From a virus: 64,000 nt of DNA. The DNA is taken from IMG/VR virus record IMGVR_UViG_3300045421_000501, positions 50,183-114,182 of that record; one strand, 5' to 3'. This document shows, piece by piece, positions 10,952 to 18,833 of the stretch. Position numbers and translations under genes: made by a program. Each line of letters begins with the position of its first letter. The stretch's first letter is position 1. The notes beneath the pieces are model-generated. The model worked only from the letters and a program-made list of their open reading frames with translations, was not told the origin of the DNA and made no database searches.

Positions 10952-11775
10952 TAATATACTCTTGTATTACAAATGGATATGATGAAATTCCAGATCATTA
11001 TTATGATCCAGAAGTTCGTTATGTCATGTTTCATGATGGAACGATTGAAAAAAAAGGTCCATGGGAATTTATAGATATTCGAGATTATTGTGATCTAGAA
11101 TGTCCTAAAAGATTATCTTCTTATCCCAAAATCAATCCACATAAGTTTTTTTCTGAGGGTGAAGATACTGTTTGGATTGATGGTTGTTATGTTCAAACTC
11201 AAGAATGGGTAAATTTATCAAAAGAAATATTTAAAAAAAATAAATTTACTCATATTCGACATCCTCTAAAATTTAACTTTATTGAAGAAGCGATTGAGAA
11301 ATATGTGGGATCTTTTAGTACTAGAGAAGACATACTCGAAATTTGTAATTTATTGAAAGAAAAAAATTATAATTTTTATAAGTATTCTAGTCCAATTTTA
11401 TGCTGCATTTGGAGAACAATCACCGAAGAAATGAATATTTTTCATGATACTTGGTGGGAATATTCTTTAATTGGACTAAATCGAGATCAAATTTCTTTTG
11501 ATTATGCTAAACAAAAACATAATTTGAATTGGCAAATTATTGAAGACTGGCTTTCTGTGGGAGTGGATTGGTCTCGTGTAACTGGGAAATTGGCAAGAAA
11601 AAAAATACATCCGCAAAAAGGAGATCTTGAGCAATATTTAAGAAAAGAAGAAATGCTTTCTGAAATATCTAAAATAACAAAAATGCCTTGGAAATTATAT
11701 TTGAAACATGATTTTTCTATATCTATTTATAGATGGGTAACTAATCCAGAACTTCCGAGATCAACTTCGAAGTAG
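10948..11775 (+). CDS. DUF616-like glycosyltransferase-like protein (third paralogous domain)
   Basis: First ~160 nt nearly identical to 10145-10305; WIDG, HP and RDQ motifs. Confidence 0.7.
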   Translation: MIIYSCITNGYDEIPDHYYDPEVRYVMFHDGTIEKKGPWEFIDIRDYCDLECPKRLSSYPKINPHKFFSEGEDTVWIDGCYVQTQEWVNLSKEIFKKNKFTHIRHPLKFNFIEEAIEKYVGSFSTREDILEICNLLKEKNYNFYKYSSPILCCIWRTITEEMNIFHDTWWEYSLIGLNRDQISFDYAKQKHNLNWQIIEDWLSVGVDWSRVTGKLARKKIHPQKGDLEQYLRKEEMLSEISKITKMPWKLYLKHDFSISIYRWVTNPELPRSTSK

Positions 11776-11789
11776 AGTATTTATGCTTA

Positions 11790-11818
11790 TTGACATGTAT
11801 TCCAAAATACATTATACT
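11790..11818 (+). promoter_or_regulatory. sigma70-type promoter of psbA with a GTA-N8-TAC palindrome in the spacer
   Basis: TTGACA-17 nt-TATACT; spacer contains tGTAttccaaaaTACa. Confidence 0.75.
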
Positions 11819-11852
11819 AAATATTGTTAAGAAATCAAAACATTTCTTACTC

Positions 11853-11950
11853 ACTCCCGCTAACCGAGACCTATGGGAGTCTAAATACGTCCCTTATACC
11901 TATGCAGGAGGGTTGCATAGGAATACTTGTACCGTTCAGCACCTCCTGGA
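11853..11950 (+). ncRNA. Structured psbA 5' leader (PhotoRC-II-like motif)
   Basis: Hairpins ACTCCC/GGGAGT (loop with AACCGAGACC) and CCTATGCA-GGAGGGT-TGCATAGG upstream of psbA; family assignment from memory of cyanophage psbA leaders. Confidence 0.6.
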
Positions 11951-11974
11951 CTAATTTACTACCCATTTAATTAA

Positions 11975-12291
11975 ATGACTGCTACAATTGCTTTACAAAA
12001 ACAATCTAATCCATGGAATCAATTCTGCGATTGGATTACTTCTACCAATAACCGCCTTTATGTGGGTTGGTTTGGTACTCTGATGATTCCTACTCTTCTT
12101 GCAGCAACGATTTGTTTCATCATCGCCTTCGTTGGCGCACCCCCGGTGGACATTGATGGTATTAGGGAACCAGTTGCTGGTTCTCTTATGTGGGGCAACA
12201 ACATCATCTCTGGTGCTGTTGTTCCTTCTAGCAACGCAATCGGATTGCATCTATACAATATTTGGGATGCAGCAAGTCTTGATGAGTGGCT
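11975..12291 (+). CDS. psbA: Photosystem II D1 protein, exon 1 (codons 1-105 plus 2 nt of L106)
   Basis: [16 protein letters not shown]...[12 protein letters not shown]...DEW; ends TGG CT|. Confidence 0.95.
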
Positions 12292-13108
12292 TTATAAATA
12301 ATATTGGGTCACTTTAAATCGGGTGAACTGCTGGAAAGCTAAGTTCTCTTATGAAACACAAACATCATCTTACTCCAAAATATCTTGGTGGGTCTGACGA
12401 ACCACAAAATCTTGTAGAGGTTTCTCCAACACAACACGCTATGTTTCATTATTGCAACTGGCGTCTTTGGGAAAATAAAGAAGATATGATTGCTTGGAAA
12501 GCACTTGCAGGGTATTCTTCAAAAGAAGAAATAATCCAACAAGTTATTTCTCTTGCAGGTAAGAAGGGTGGTAAGGTTGCAAAAGAAAGCGGACAACTTC
12601 GTGCTGCTGCTCTTAAACAACCTAAAAGTGTTAGGCAGAAAATTGGTAAAAACCTTATCAACTTTGCCTACAAAAATCCAAAAAATGCAACACAAGAAAC
12701 TCTAACTAATAGAAAGTATAAGAAAGTATTTCACATTTACGAAAAACTAACTGAACGGTCTATTGGTAAACATCTTGGAAATGTTGAGTTTAATCCAGAA
12801 CAAGATAAAACACTTAAAACTGTTTGTTCTATGATACTGGAAAAGTATGGGGTAAAAGTTTATCCTTCACATCTTAATAGTGTTGCTAACGGAAATAGAC
12901 TTTTAACGAGTGGTATTTCTTGCAGTTGGGTTTTAGAGAATACGCCAATCAGCAGCCAAGCCACAGACGATACTTCTGTGGAAGGTTCAGAGACTAGTCG
13001 GTTCAACAAGCGTGTTGAGTAATACGACATTAGCGCCCGACACCTTATGAAGATAATAGGGTGAAGATATAGTCCAGTCCATATGGAAACATATGGTTCC
13101 CCCGACTG
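12292..13108 (+). ncRNA. Group I self-splicing intron (817 nt) in psbA
   Basis: P1: exon GUGGCU pairs with intron GGUCAC, giving U.G at the splice site; P (GAACTGCTGGAAA ~12325), Q (AATCAGCAG ~12947), R (GTTCAGAGACTA ~12985), S (AAGATATAGTCC ~13064); P3 TCGGGTG/CGCCCGA; terminal G13108; splicing restores W-L-Y-N-G-G-P-Y. Confidence 0.93.
12351..13022 (+). CDS. Intron-encoded HNH homing endonuclease
   Basis: HKHHLTPKYLGGSDEPQNLV.V...QH...H N-terminal HNH motif; located inside the intron. Confidence 0.85.
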   Translation: MKHKHHLTPKYLGGSDEPQNLVEVSPTQHAMFHYCNWRLWENKEDMIAWKALAGYSSKEEIIQQVISLAGKKGGKVAKESGQLRAAALKQPKSVRQKIGKNLINFAYKNPKNATQETLTNRKYKKVFHIYEKLTERSIGKHLGNVEFNPEQDKTLKTVCSMILEKYGVKVYPSHLNSVANGNRLLTSGISCSWVLENTPISSQATDDTSVEGSETSRFNKRVE

Positions 13109-13871
13109 CTATAATGGGGGTCCTTATCAACTCGTCGTCTTCCACTTTCTTATCGGCATCTTCTGCTATATGGGTCGTGAGTGGGAACTATCTTACCGAC
13201 TGGGTATGAGACCCTGGATTTGTGTTGCTTACTCTGCACCTGTTGCTGCTGCTAGTGCGGTATTCCTTGTTTATCCTTTCGGTCAGGGTTCCTTCTCAGA
13301 CGGTATGCCCCTGGGCATCTCCGGCACCTTCAATTACATGTTGGTGTTCCAGGCTGAGCACAACATTTTGATGCACCCCTTCCACATGCTTGGTGTGGCT
13401 GGTGTGTTCGGCGGCAGCCTGTTCTCCGCCATGCACGGTTCACTGGTTACCTCTTCCTTAGTGCGTGAAACCACCGAGAGCGAGAGCCAGAACTACGGCT
13501 ACAAGTTCGGTCAAGAGGAAGAAACTTATAACATTGTTGCTGCTCACGGTTATTTTGGAAGACTTATTTTCCAATATGCATCATTCAACAACTCTCGTTC
13601 ACTTCACTTCTTCCTTGCTGCTTGGCCTGTAGTTGGCATCTGGTTCACTGCTTTAGGTGTTTCTACAATGGCTTTTAATCTCAATGGACTGAATTTTAAT
13701 CAGAGTATTCTGGATAATCAGGGTCATGTTATTAAAACTTGGGCAGATATTTTAAATTCTGCTGGACTTGGGCTCGAAGTAATGCACGAAAGAAACGCAC
13801 ATAATTTTCCTTTGGATCTAGCCGCAGCAGAGACAACTATGGTTGCCTTGACTGCTCCTGCCATCGGATAA
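13109..13871 (+). CDS. psbA: Photosystem II D1 protein, exon 2 (spliced product 359 aa)
   Basis: YNGGPYQL...[11 protein letters not shown]...[14 protein letters not shown]; Y161, D170, E189, H190, H332, E333, D342 and A344 retained; E130. Confidence 0.95.
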
Positions 13872-13891
13872 TAACCACTCCAATAATGAGT

Positions 13892-13921
13892 AATACCACC
13901 CCCAAAAAGGGTGGTATTCTT
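13892..13921 (+). terminator. Hairpin terminator after psbA
   Basis: AATACCACCC-ccaaaaa-GGGTGGTATT. Confidence 0.65.
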
Positions 13922-13928
13922 ATAAATA
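13921..13928 (+). promoter_or_regulatory. T4-type late promoter
   Basis: TATAAATA about 22 nt before ATG 13951. Confidence 0.65.
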
Positions 13929-13950
13929 AATTATCTTTATATTAAGATAA

Positions 13951-14349
13951 ATGGGAAACTTATCTTGGTTTCTCTCATTTTGTCTTTCACTCACTCCCAT
14001 TACAATTGAACCAATTGGTTCAGATTGTTTTCATAACCCCGAACTGATGGGTCAATACGAAGCAAAAACAGAGACTATCACACTTTGCGAAAATAACATC
14101 ACACTTTCTAAATACTCAAAGGAAGAAGTAGTAAAACACGAACTCATACATTACATTTATCATAAGCATCAAATAGAATCAATCATTCCTGAACCACTCA
14201 TCACTTGGTTGGTAAGAAAAAATATTCCTTCAGATCAAGTAATGTATGTAATTTTAAATGAAGATAAGTATTCTTCAAACGAAGAATTTTCAGCAAGATT
14301 ACTACAGAAACTTCCTTCGTGGATAATTGGAATTGGTATTATTGTATAA
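13951..14349 (+). CDS. Hypothetical protein with HExxH zinc-peptidase-like motif
   Basis: KHELIH followed by a distal EE..A. Confidence 0.55.
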   Translation: MGNLSWFLSFCLSLTPITIEPIGSDCFHNPELMGQYEAKTETITLCENNITLSKYSKEEVVKHELIHYIYHKHQIESIIPEPLITWLVRKNIPSDQVMYVILNEDKYSSNEEFSARLLQKLPSWIIGIGIIV

Positions 14350-14393
14350 GAAATCTTGTCAAACAAAATCTTTTGTGTTATACTAGAAGTTCA

Positions 14394-14430
14394 ATAAAAA
14401 TTCCTAAAATAAAAATTCCTAAAATAAAAA
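14394..14430 (+). repeat. 15-bp tandem repeat (ataaaaattcctaaa) just before the glutaredoxin start
   Basis: ataaaaattcctaaa ataaaaattcctaaa ataaaaa. Confidence 0.8.
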
Positions 14431-14666
14431 TGAATTCAATAGTTTATTCTAAAGATAATTGTCCTTATTGTGAAAAAATTAAACAAGTATTTGAATTGGC
14501 AAATATTGAATATCTAGAATATAAATTGGATATAAATTTTAATAAGGAAGAATTTTATTCCGAATTTGGACAAGGATCAACTTTTCCTCAAATTATAATC
14601 AACAATATGCACATTGGCGGATGTACAGAAACAATAAAATATCTAATGGAAACCAAAGTAATTTAA
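14430..14666 (+). CDS. nrdC: Glutaredoxin
   Basis: CPYC, TFPQI, IGGC; probable start ATG 14430. Confidence 0.9.
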   Translation: MNSIVYSKDNCPYCEKIKQVFELANIEYLEYKLDINFNKEEFYSEFGQGSTFPQIIINNMHIGGCTETIKYLMETKVI

Positions 14667-14800
14667 AAATATCAATAAATAAAGGTGTTGAACTTTTACT
14701 CAGGAGGAAACCACCAATAAAAGTTATAAACTTTGGTAGATGGTTTTTTCCAATTATCAATAAGGAATTTACCGTTTATTTGGAGATCAAAGATAGGTAA
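14621..14800 (+). CDS. Small hypothetical protein (59 aa, below the ORF-track cutoff)
   Basis: Open frame ...INKGVELLLRRKPP...EIKDR fills the gap; start uncertain. Confidence 0.4.
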   Translation: MYRNNKISNGNQSNLKISINKGVELLLRRKPPIKVINFGRWFFPIINKEFTVYLEIKDR

Positions 14801-14818
14801 CTTCTAGGAGGAACGACA

Positions 14819-15034
14819 ATGTTAGCAGCGATAATTTGCTTATCAACATTATGTTGTCTGTTGACATTAGGATTAGGGATTGTAGTCGGATATCTTGCAC
14901 GTCAATATGTTCATGACACAACCCCACAATATTCTCATCCTGAAATGTATGATTTAAATGGAAATAAATTACCAGATGAAATAATTGCTTTTAGGTTTGA
15001 GGGATCTGAATACTTAGATGAATTTGAAGAATAA
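14819..15034 (+). CDS. Conserved cyanophage membrane-anchored hypothetical protein
   Basis: AGGAGG SD; N-terminal TM segment; HPEMYD.NG..LPDEIIAFRF. Confidence 0.7.
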   Translation: MLAAIICLSTLCCLLTLGLGIVVGYLARQYVHDTTPQYSHPEMYDLNGNKLPDEIIAFRFEGSEYLDEFEE

Positions 15035-15039
15035 CAATC

Positions 15040-15489
15040 ATGACAAAATTACCGAATAATCCCCTTGTTTTTGAAATTTTCAAAGCAGCTCATGGGGCTA
15101 AAACTGTTGAAAGAAAATTAGAGATTCTCACAGAATATAAAGGGGATCATATTAAGGCATTATTTATTTGGAACTTCGATAAAGGAATTGAAAGTGCTCT
15201 CCCAAAAGGAGAAGTTCCTTATCGAAAAAATCAAGCACCAGCAAATACTCCATCTCATACACGACTTGAGCATGAATGGCACATTCTTTATAACTTTATA
15301 AGAGGTGGAAATGACTCTCTTTCTCAAATGAAGAAAGAGCAAATGTTTATTCAATTGTTAGAAGGTCTTCATGCAGAAGATGCAGAAATTCTTTTGCTTG
15401 TGAAGGATAAAGAATTGCAATCAAAGTATAGAATTACTCGAAATGTAGTTGAACAAGCTTATCCTGAAATTGTTTGGAGGGATAGATGA
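15040..15489 (+). CDS. Conserved T4-like hypothetical protein
   Basis: LP.G.VPY...KKE.MFIQLLEGLH..DAE.L...KDK.L. Confidence 0.7.
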   Translation: MTKLPNNPLVFEIFKAAHGAKTVERKLEILTEYKGDHIKALFIWNFDKGIESALPKGEVPYRKNQAPANTPSHTRLEHEWHILYNFIRGGNDSLSQMKKEQMFIQLLEGLHAEDAEILLLVKDKELQSKYRITRNVVEQAYPEIVWRDR

Positions 15490-15794
15490 GTATATGGACA
15501 ACCGAAGAAATTGCAAATCTTAAAAAATATAGGATATCACTATTCAAAGAGTCTTGTAGTATAGAGGATTCTTTGAATCCAGATATGCCATATGATGTAT
15601 ATTTGGTGGTTTATCATTTTAATGATAGTGAATGTATGGATTTAGTTAGATGTGCAAAAACTGTCGATATATTTGATGCATACTATGATAAATTTGGAAA
15701 AGAATCTATCAAAAAAATCAAACAGTCTGCAGGAAAAATAAATCCGAAATTATTTTCTACAAAACAAGAATCTAAATCTAAAAGTCGAAGTTGA
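15486..15794 (+). CDS. Hypothetical protein
   Basis: Coupled ORF with DIFDAYYD motif. Confidence 0.6.
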   Translation: MSIWTTEEIANLKKYRISLFKESCSIEDSLNPDMPYDVYLVVYHFNDSECMDLVRCAKTVDIFDAYYDKFGKESIKKIKQSAGKINPKLFSTKQESKSKSRS

Positions 15795-15819
15795 CATTTT
15801 TTGCAGTTTTTGCTATGAT
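15791..15819 (+). promoter_or_regulatory. sigma70-type promoter
   Basis: TTGACA-17-TATGAT. Confidence 0.7.
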
Positions 15820-15841
15820 GTAACAAGGAAACAATCATATT

Positions 15842-16009
15842 ATGAACAAAGACAAACTTAAAGTTATTGTAAAAAATTTAGAAATATTAATCCAATCTCT
15901 AAAATCAGAAATTTATTCTGACGTTGATTTTTATAATCAAGATGTTCCTGAAAAAATATTCAATAGAGTTGTAGATTATGATGAAATATTCGAAGATGAT
16001 GATGACTAA
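15842..16009 (+). CDS. Small acidic hypothetical protein (55 aa)
   Basis: MNKDKLKVIVKNLE...YDEIFEDDDD; AAGGA SD; stop overlaps the next ATG. Confidence 0.65.
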   Translation: MNKDKLKVIVKNLEILIQSLKSEIYSDVDFYNQDVPEKIFNRVVDYDEIFEDDDD

Positions 16010-16197
16010 TGAGACTTAAAGAAACTATTCGACTTGTAAAAGAAGCACTTCAGAATCCTCATCTATATTCTGAAGCCGAGATTGCTTATATGAAAAAATC
16101 ACTTGATATGGCACTTATTGAACGTGCTCGTAAGCAATATAAAAATAAACAAAAGGGATTTGGAAATTATGAAGACCCAAATAGTCAGACCAATTAG
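16009..16197 (+). CDS. Hypothetical protein
   Basis: Coupled ORF with KGFG near the C-terminus. Confidence 0.6.
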   Translation: MRLKETIRLVKEALQNPHLYSEAEIAYMKKSLDMALIERARKQYKNKQKGFGNYEDPNSQTN

Positions 16198-16840
16198 TGT
16201 TACTCCAAATGCAGAGGAGCATATTGCATATTGTGCTCGTGTAAGTAATCCAAGTAATCAAACTAATAATTCTTTTGAGGGATTGTTAAAATATTGTATT
16301 CAACATCAGCACTGGAGTATTTTTGAACACGCATTTATGACTGTTGAAATTAATACTTCATTAGCAATTGCCACACAGATTTTGCGTCATCGAAGTTTTA
16401 CTTTCCAACAGTTTTCTCAAAGATATGCTGATGCAAATTTAATTACTGAAGAGATTCCAATTCCAGAACTTCGTCGTCAAGATACAAAAAATCGTCAAAA
16501 TTCAATTGCTGATTTAGACGAAGAAACAATTTTTGCAATGAATAAAATGATTCAAGATTTGTTTCGAGATGCTCAGGATGTTTATAGGTTTCTATTAGAG
16601 CAAGGTGTAGCAAAAGAATGTGCTCGTTTTGTACTTCCACAGGCAACACAGACACGTCTTTATATGACAGGAAGTATTCGTAGTTGGATTCATTACATCG
16701 ACCTTCGAAGTGCTCACGGAACTCAGGTAGAACATCAAAGAATTGCCGAGAAATGTAAGTGTGTATTTGTAGAAAAATTTCCAACGATTGCTTCTGCATT
16801 AAATTGGATTTGTATTGAGCCACCTTTTAATCTATTTTAG
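16169..16840 (+). CDS. thyX: Flavin-dependent thymidylate synthase
   Basis: RHRSFTFQQFSQRY ThyX motif, H.S.FEH; probable start ATG 16169. Confidence 0.95.
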   Translation: MKTQIVRPISVTPNAEEHIAYCARVSNPSNQTNNSFEGLLKYCIQHQHWSIFEHAFMTVEINTSLAIATQILRHRSFTFQQFSQRYADANLITEEIPIPELRRQDTKNRQNSIADLDEETIFAMNKMIQDLFRDAQDVYRFLLEQGVAKECARFVLPQATQTRLYMTGSIRSWIHYIDLRSAHGTQVEHQRIAEKCKCVFVEKFPTIASALNWICIEPPFNLF

Positions 16841-16884
16841 ATATGAAAGTCTTGTGAAATAAATAGCTAAGAATTGAAAACATT

Positions 16885-17136
16885 ATGCCTGATTATCCTA
16901 TTGTAAATAAAATAACTGGTGAGAAAAAAGAAATAACAATGAGCATTTCTCAATATGAGAAATGGAGAAAAGAAAATCCAGACTGGGATAAAGACTGGTC
17001 TGCAGGTATAGCATCTTCAGTTAGTGCAGTTGGCGATTTTCAAAGTAAAACTGATGGTGGATGGAACGAAGTTCTACACAAAGTCAGTAAAGTTCCTGGT
17101 TCTGTAGTCAAACCCTACAAAACGGTACATTTCTAA
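16885..17136 (+). CDS. Conserved cyanophage hypothetical protein
   Basis: MP.YP..N..TGE...GW.EVL.KV.K.PGS. Confidence 0.65.
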   Translation: MPDYPIVNKITGEKKEITMSISQYEKWRKENPDWDKDWSAGIASSVSAVGDFQSKTDGGWNEVLHKVSKVPGSVVKPYKTVHF

Positions 17137-17137
17137 G

Positions 17138-17893
17138 ATGACGCAAAGGAAAAAAAGAACTCCTTCTCAAGTCGGTGCTGGTATGTCTGCAAAACAAATA
17201 TCCAGAAAAAAACCATTTAATGTTGATATGATGGTCGATATTGAACCATTAACAGAGAATCAAAGAAAAGTTTTTAATTCCTATAAAGAAGATAAAAATT
17301 TGTTTATATATGGGTCAGCAGGAACAGGTAAGACATTCATTACTCTCTATCTGGCACTCAAAGAAGTTTTAAATCCTTTGACACCTTATAATCGAGTTGT
17401 GATTGTAAGATCTTTAGTTGCTACTAGAGAAATTGGATTTCTTCCTGGAGATCACGACGACAAATCAAGTCTTTATCAGATTCCATATAAGAATATGGTA
17501 AAGTATATGTTTGAGTTACCTACAGACAATGATTTTGAAATGCTGTGGGGAAATCTCAAAACTCAAGAAAGTGTAAAATTTTGGTCTACAAGTTTCATTC
17601 GTGGAACAACACTAGATGACTGCATCATTGTTGTGGATGAGTGTCAAAACTTGAATTTTCATGAATTAGATAGTATAATTACTAGAGTTGGTGAAAATTG
17701 TAAGATTCATTTTTGCGGTGATGCTTCGCAATCAGATCTAATTAAATCGAATGAGCGTAATGGAATTTTAGATTTCATGAAAATTATTCAAGCAATGCCT
17801 GAATTCGATTCAGTTGAATTTGGGATACAAGATATCGTAAGATCTGGTCTTGTAAAAAGTTACATTCTTAATAAAATCGAATTGGGGTATTGA
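17138..17893 (+). CDS. phoH: PhoH family ATPase
   Basis: GSAGTGKT, IGFLPGD, FIRGTTLD, VDECQN, CGD..QSDL. Confidence 0.95.
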   Translation: MTQRKKRTPSQVGAGMSAKQISRKKPFNVDMMVDIEPLTENQRKVFNSYKEDKNLFIYGSAGTGKTFITLYLALKEVLNPLTPYNRVVIVRSLVATREIGFLPGDHDDKSSLYQIPYKNMVKYMFELPTDNDFEMLWGNLKTQESVKFWSTSFIRGTTLDDCIIVVDECQNLNFHELDSIITRVGENCKIHFCGDASQSDLIKSNERNGILDFMKIIQAMPEFDSVEFGIQDIVRSGLVKSYILNKIELGY

Positions 17894-18573
17894 TGTTTAC
17901 ACATGTTAAAATGGAGTTTCCCAAACTCAAAAGGGAAACGATTGATGGGGTAAGATATTATACGGTGAATGGAAAACCAATGGTTTCCATTACATCGGTG
18001 ACTTCTCATTTTAATAAAGAAATATTTTCAAAATGGAGAAAAAGAGTAGGTGAAGAAGAAGCAAATCGTATAAGCAAACGTTCTACAGATCGTGGAACTA
18101 AAGTTCATACTTGCATTGAAAATTTTCTTTATAATAAAGAGATTCCTTCGACGGATCCTTTGCCAAAACAATTATTTCTTCAGGCAAAAAATGCTCTGAG
18201 TAATATCAATAACATTTATGCACTCGAAGAAAGTCTTTATAGTGAATTTCTTGGAGTCGCTGGAACTGTTGATTGTATTGCAGAATATACTGGAGAAAAT
18301 GGAATTCCTGAATTAGCAATTATTGATTTCAAAACCGCAGAAAAACCAAAACCAGTAAACTGGATTGAAAATTATTTTGTTCAGGCAACTGCATATGGAG
18401 TCATGTTTCATGAAATGATGAGCATTGATGTAAAAAAATTAGTCATACTGATGACTTGTGAGAATGGAGAAGTTGCAGTTTATGAAGAATATGATATTGA
18501 AAAATACTATAAACTTTTAGAAGATTACATTAACAAATTTATTGAGGATAAAATGAATGGCAACAAAATCTGA
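17890..18573 (+). CDS. PD-(D/E)XK exonuclease
   Basis: RGT.VH, AGTVDCIA, IIDFKT, Q..AY. Confidence 0.85.
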   Translation: MMFTHVKMEFPKLKRETIDGVRYYTVNGKPMVSITSVTSHFNKEIFSKWRKRVGEEEANRISKRSTDRGTKVHTCIENFLYNKEIPSTDPLPKQLFLQAKNALSNINNIYALEESLYSEFLGVAGTVDCIAEYTGENGIPELAIIDFKTAEKPKPVNWIENYFVQATAYGVMFHEMMSIDVKKLVILMTCENGEVAVYEEYDIEKYYKLLEDYINKFIEDKMNGNKI

Positions 18574-18823
18574 AATCAAAGAATTACTTAAACAAAAATT
18601 TCTTTGTCAGGATAAGTTTTCAAATGATATTGAAAATATAGTACAGCAAAATTCTGGAATGAACTATATTGAAGCAATTTGCCTTTATTGCGAGCAAAAT
18701 AATATTGAGATAGAAACTATTTCAAAACTAATTACAAAACCACTGAAAGAAAAATTAAAATGGAATGCAATAGATTTGAATTATCTGAAAAAAACATCTA
18801 GAGCTAAGTTGTCATTATTTTAA
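18557..18823 (+). CDS. Late transcription coactivator gp33
   Basis: YIEAI..YCE.N.IE.E...KLI.KPLKEKL...A..LNYLK; position upstream of gp59 and gp32. Confidence 0.85.
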   Translation: MATKSEIKELLKQKFLCQDKFSNDIENIVQQNSGMNYIEAICLYCEQNNIEIETISKLITKPLKEKLKWNAIDLNYLKKTSRAKLSLF

Positions 18824-18833
18824 TCTAGATTTT

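Noticed and set aside
11975-13871. psbA as a pseudogene or two genes (108-aa and 262-aa ORFs)
   Set aside because: An intact group I intron explains the break; splicing yields a full 359-aa D1
14621-14680. Frameshift fusion of glutaredoxin with the overlapping -1 ORF
   Set aside because: No in-phase slippery heptamer before the glutaredoxin stop, and the ORF has its own ATG
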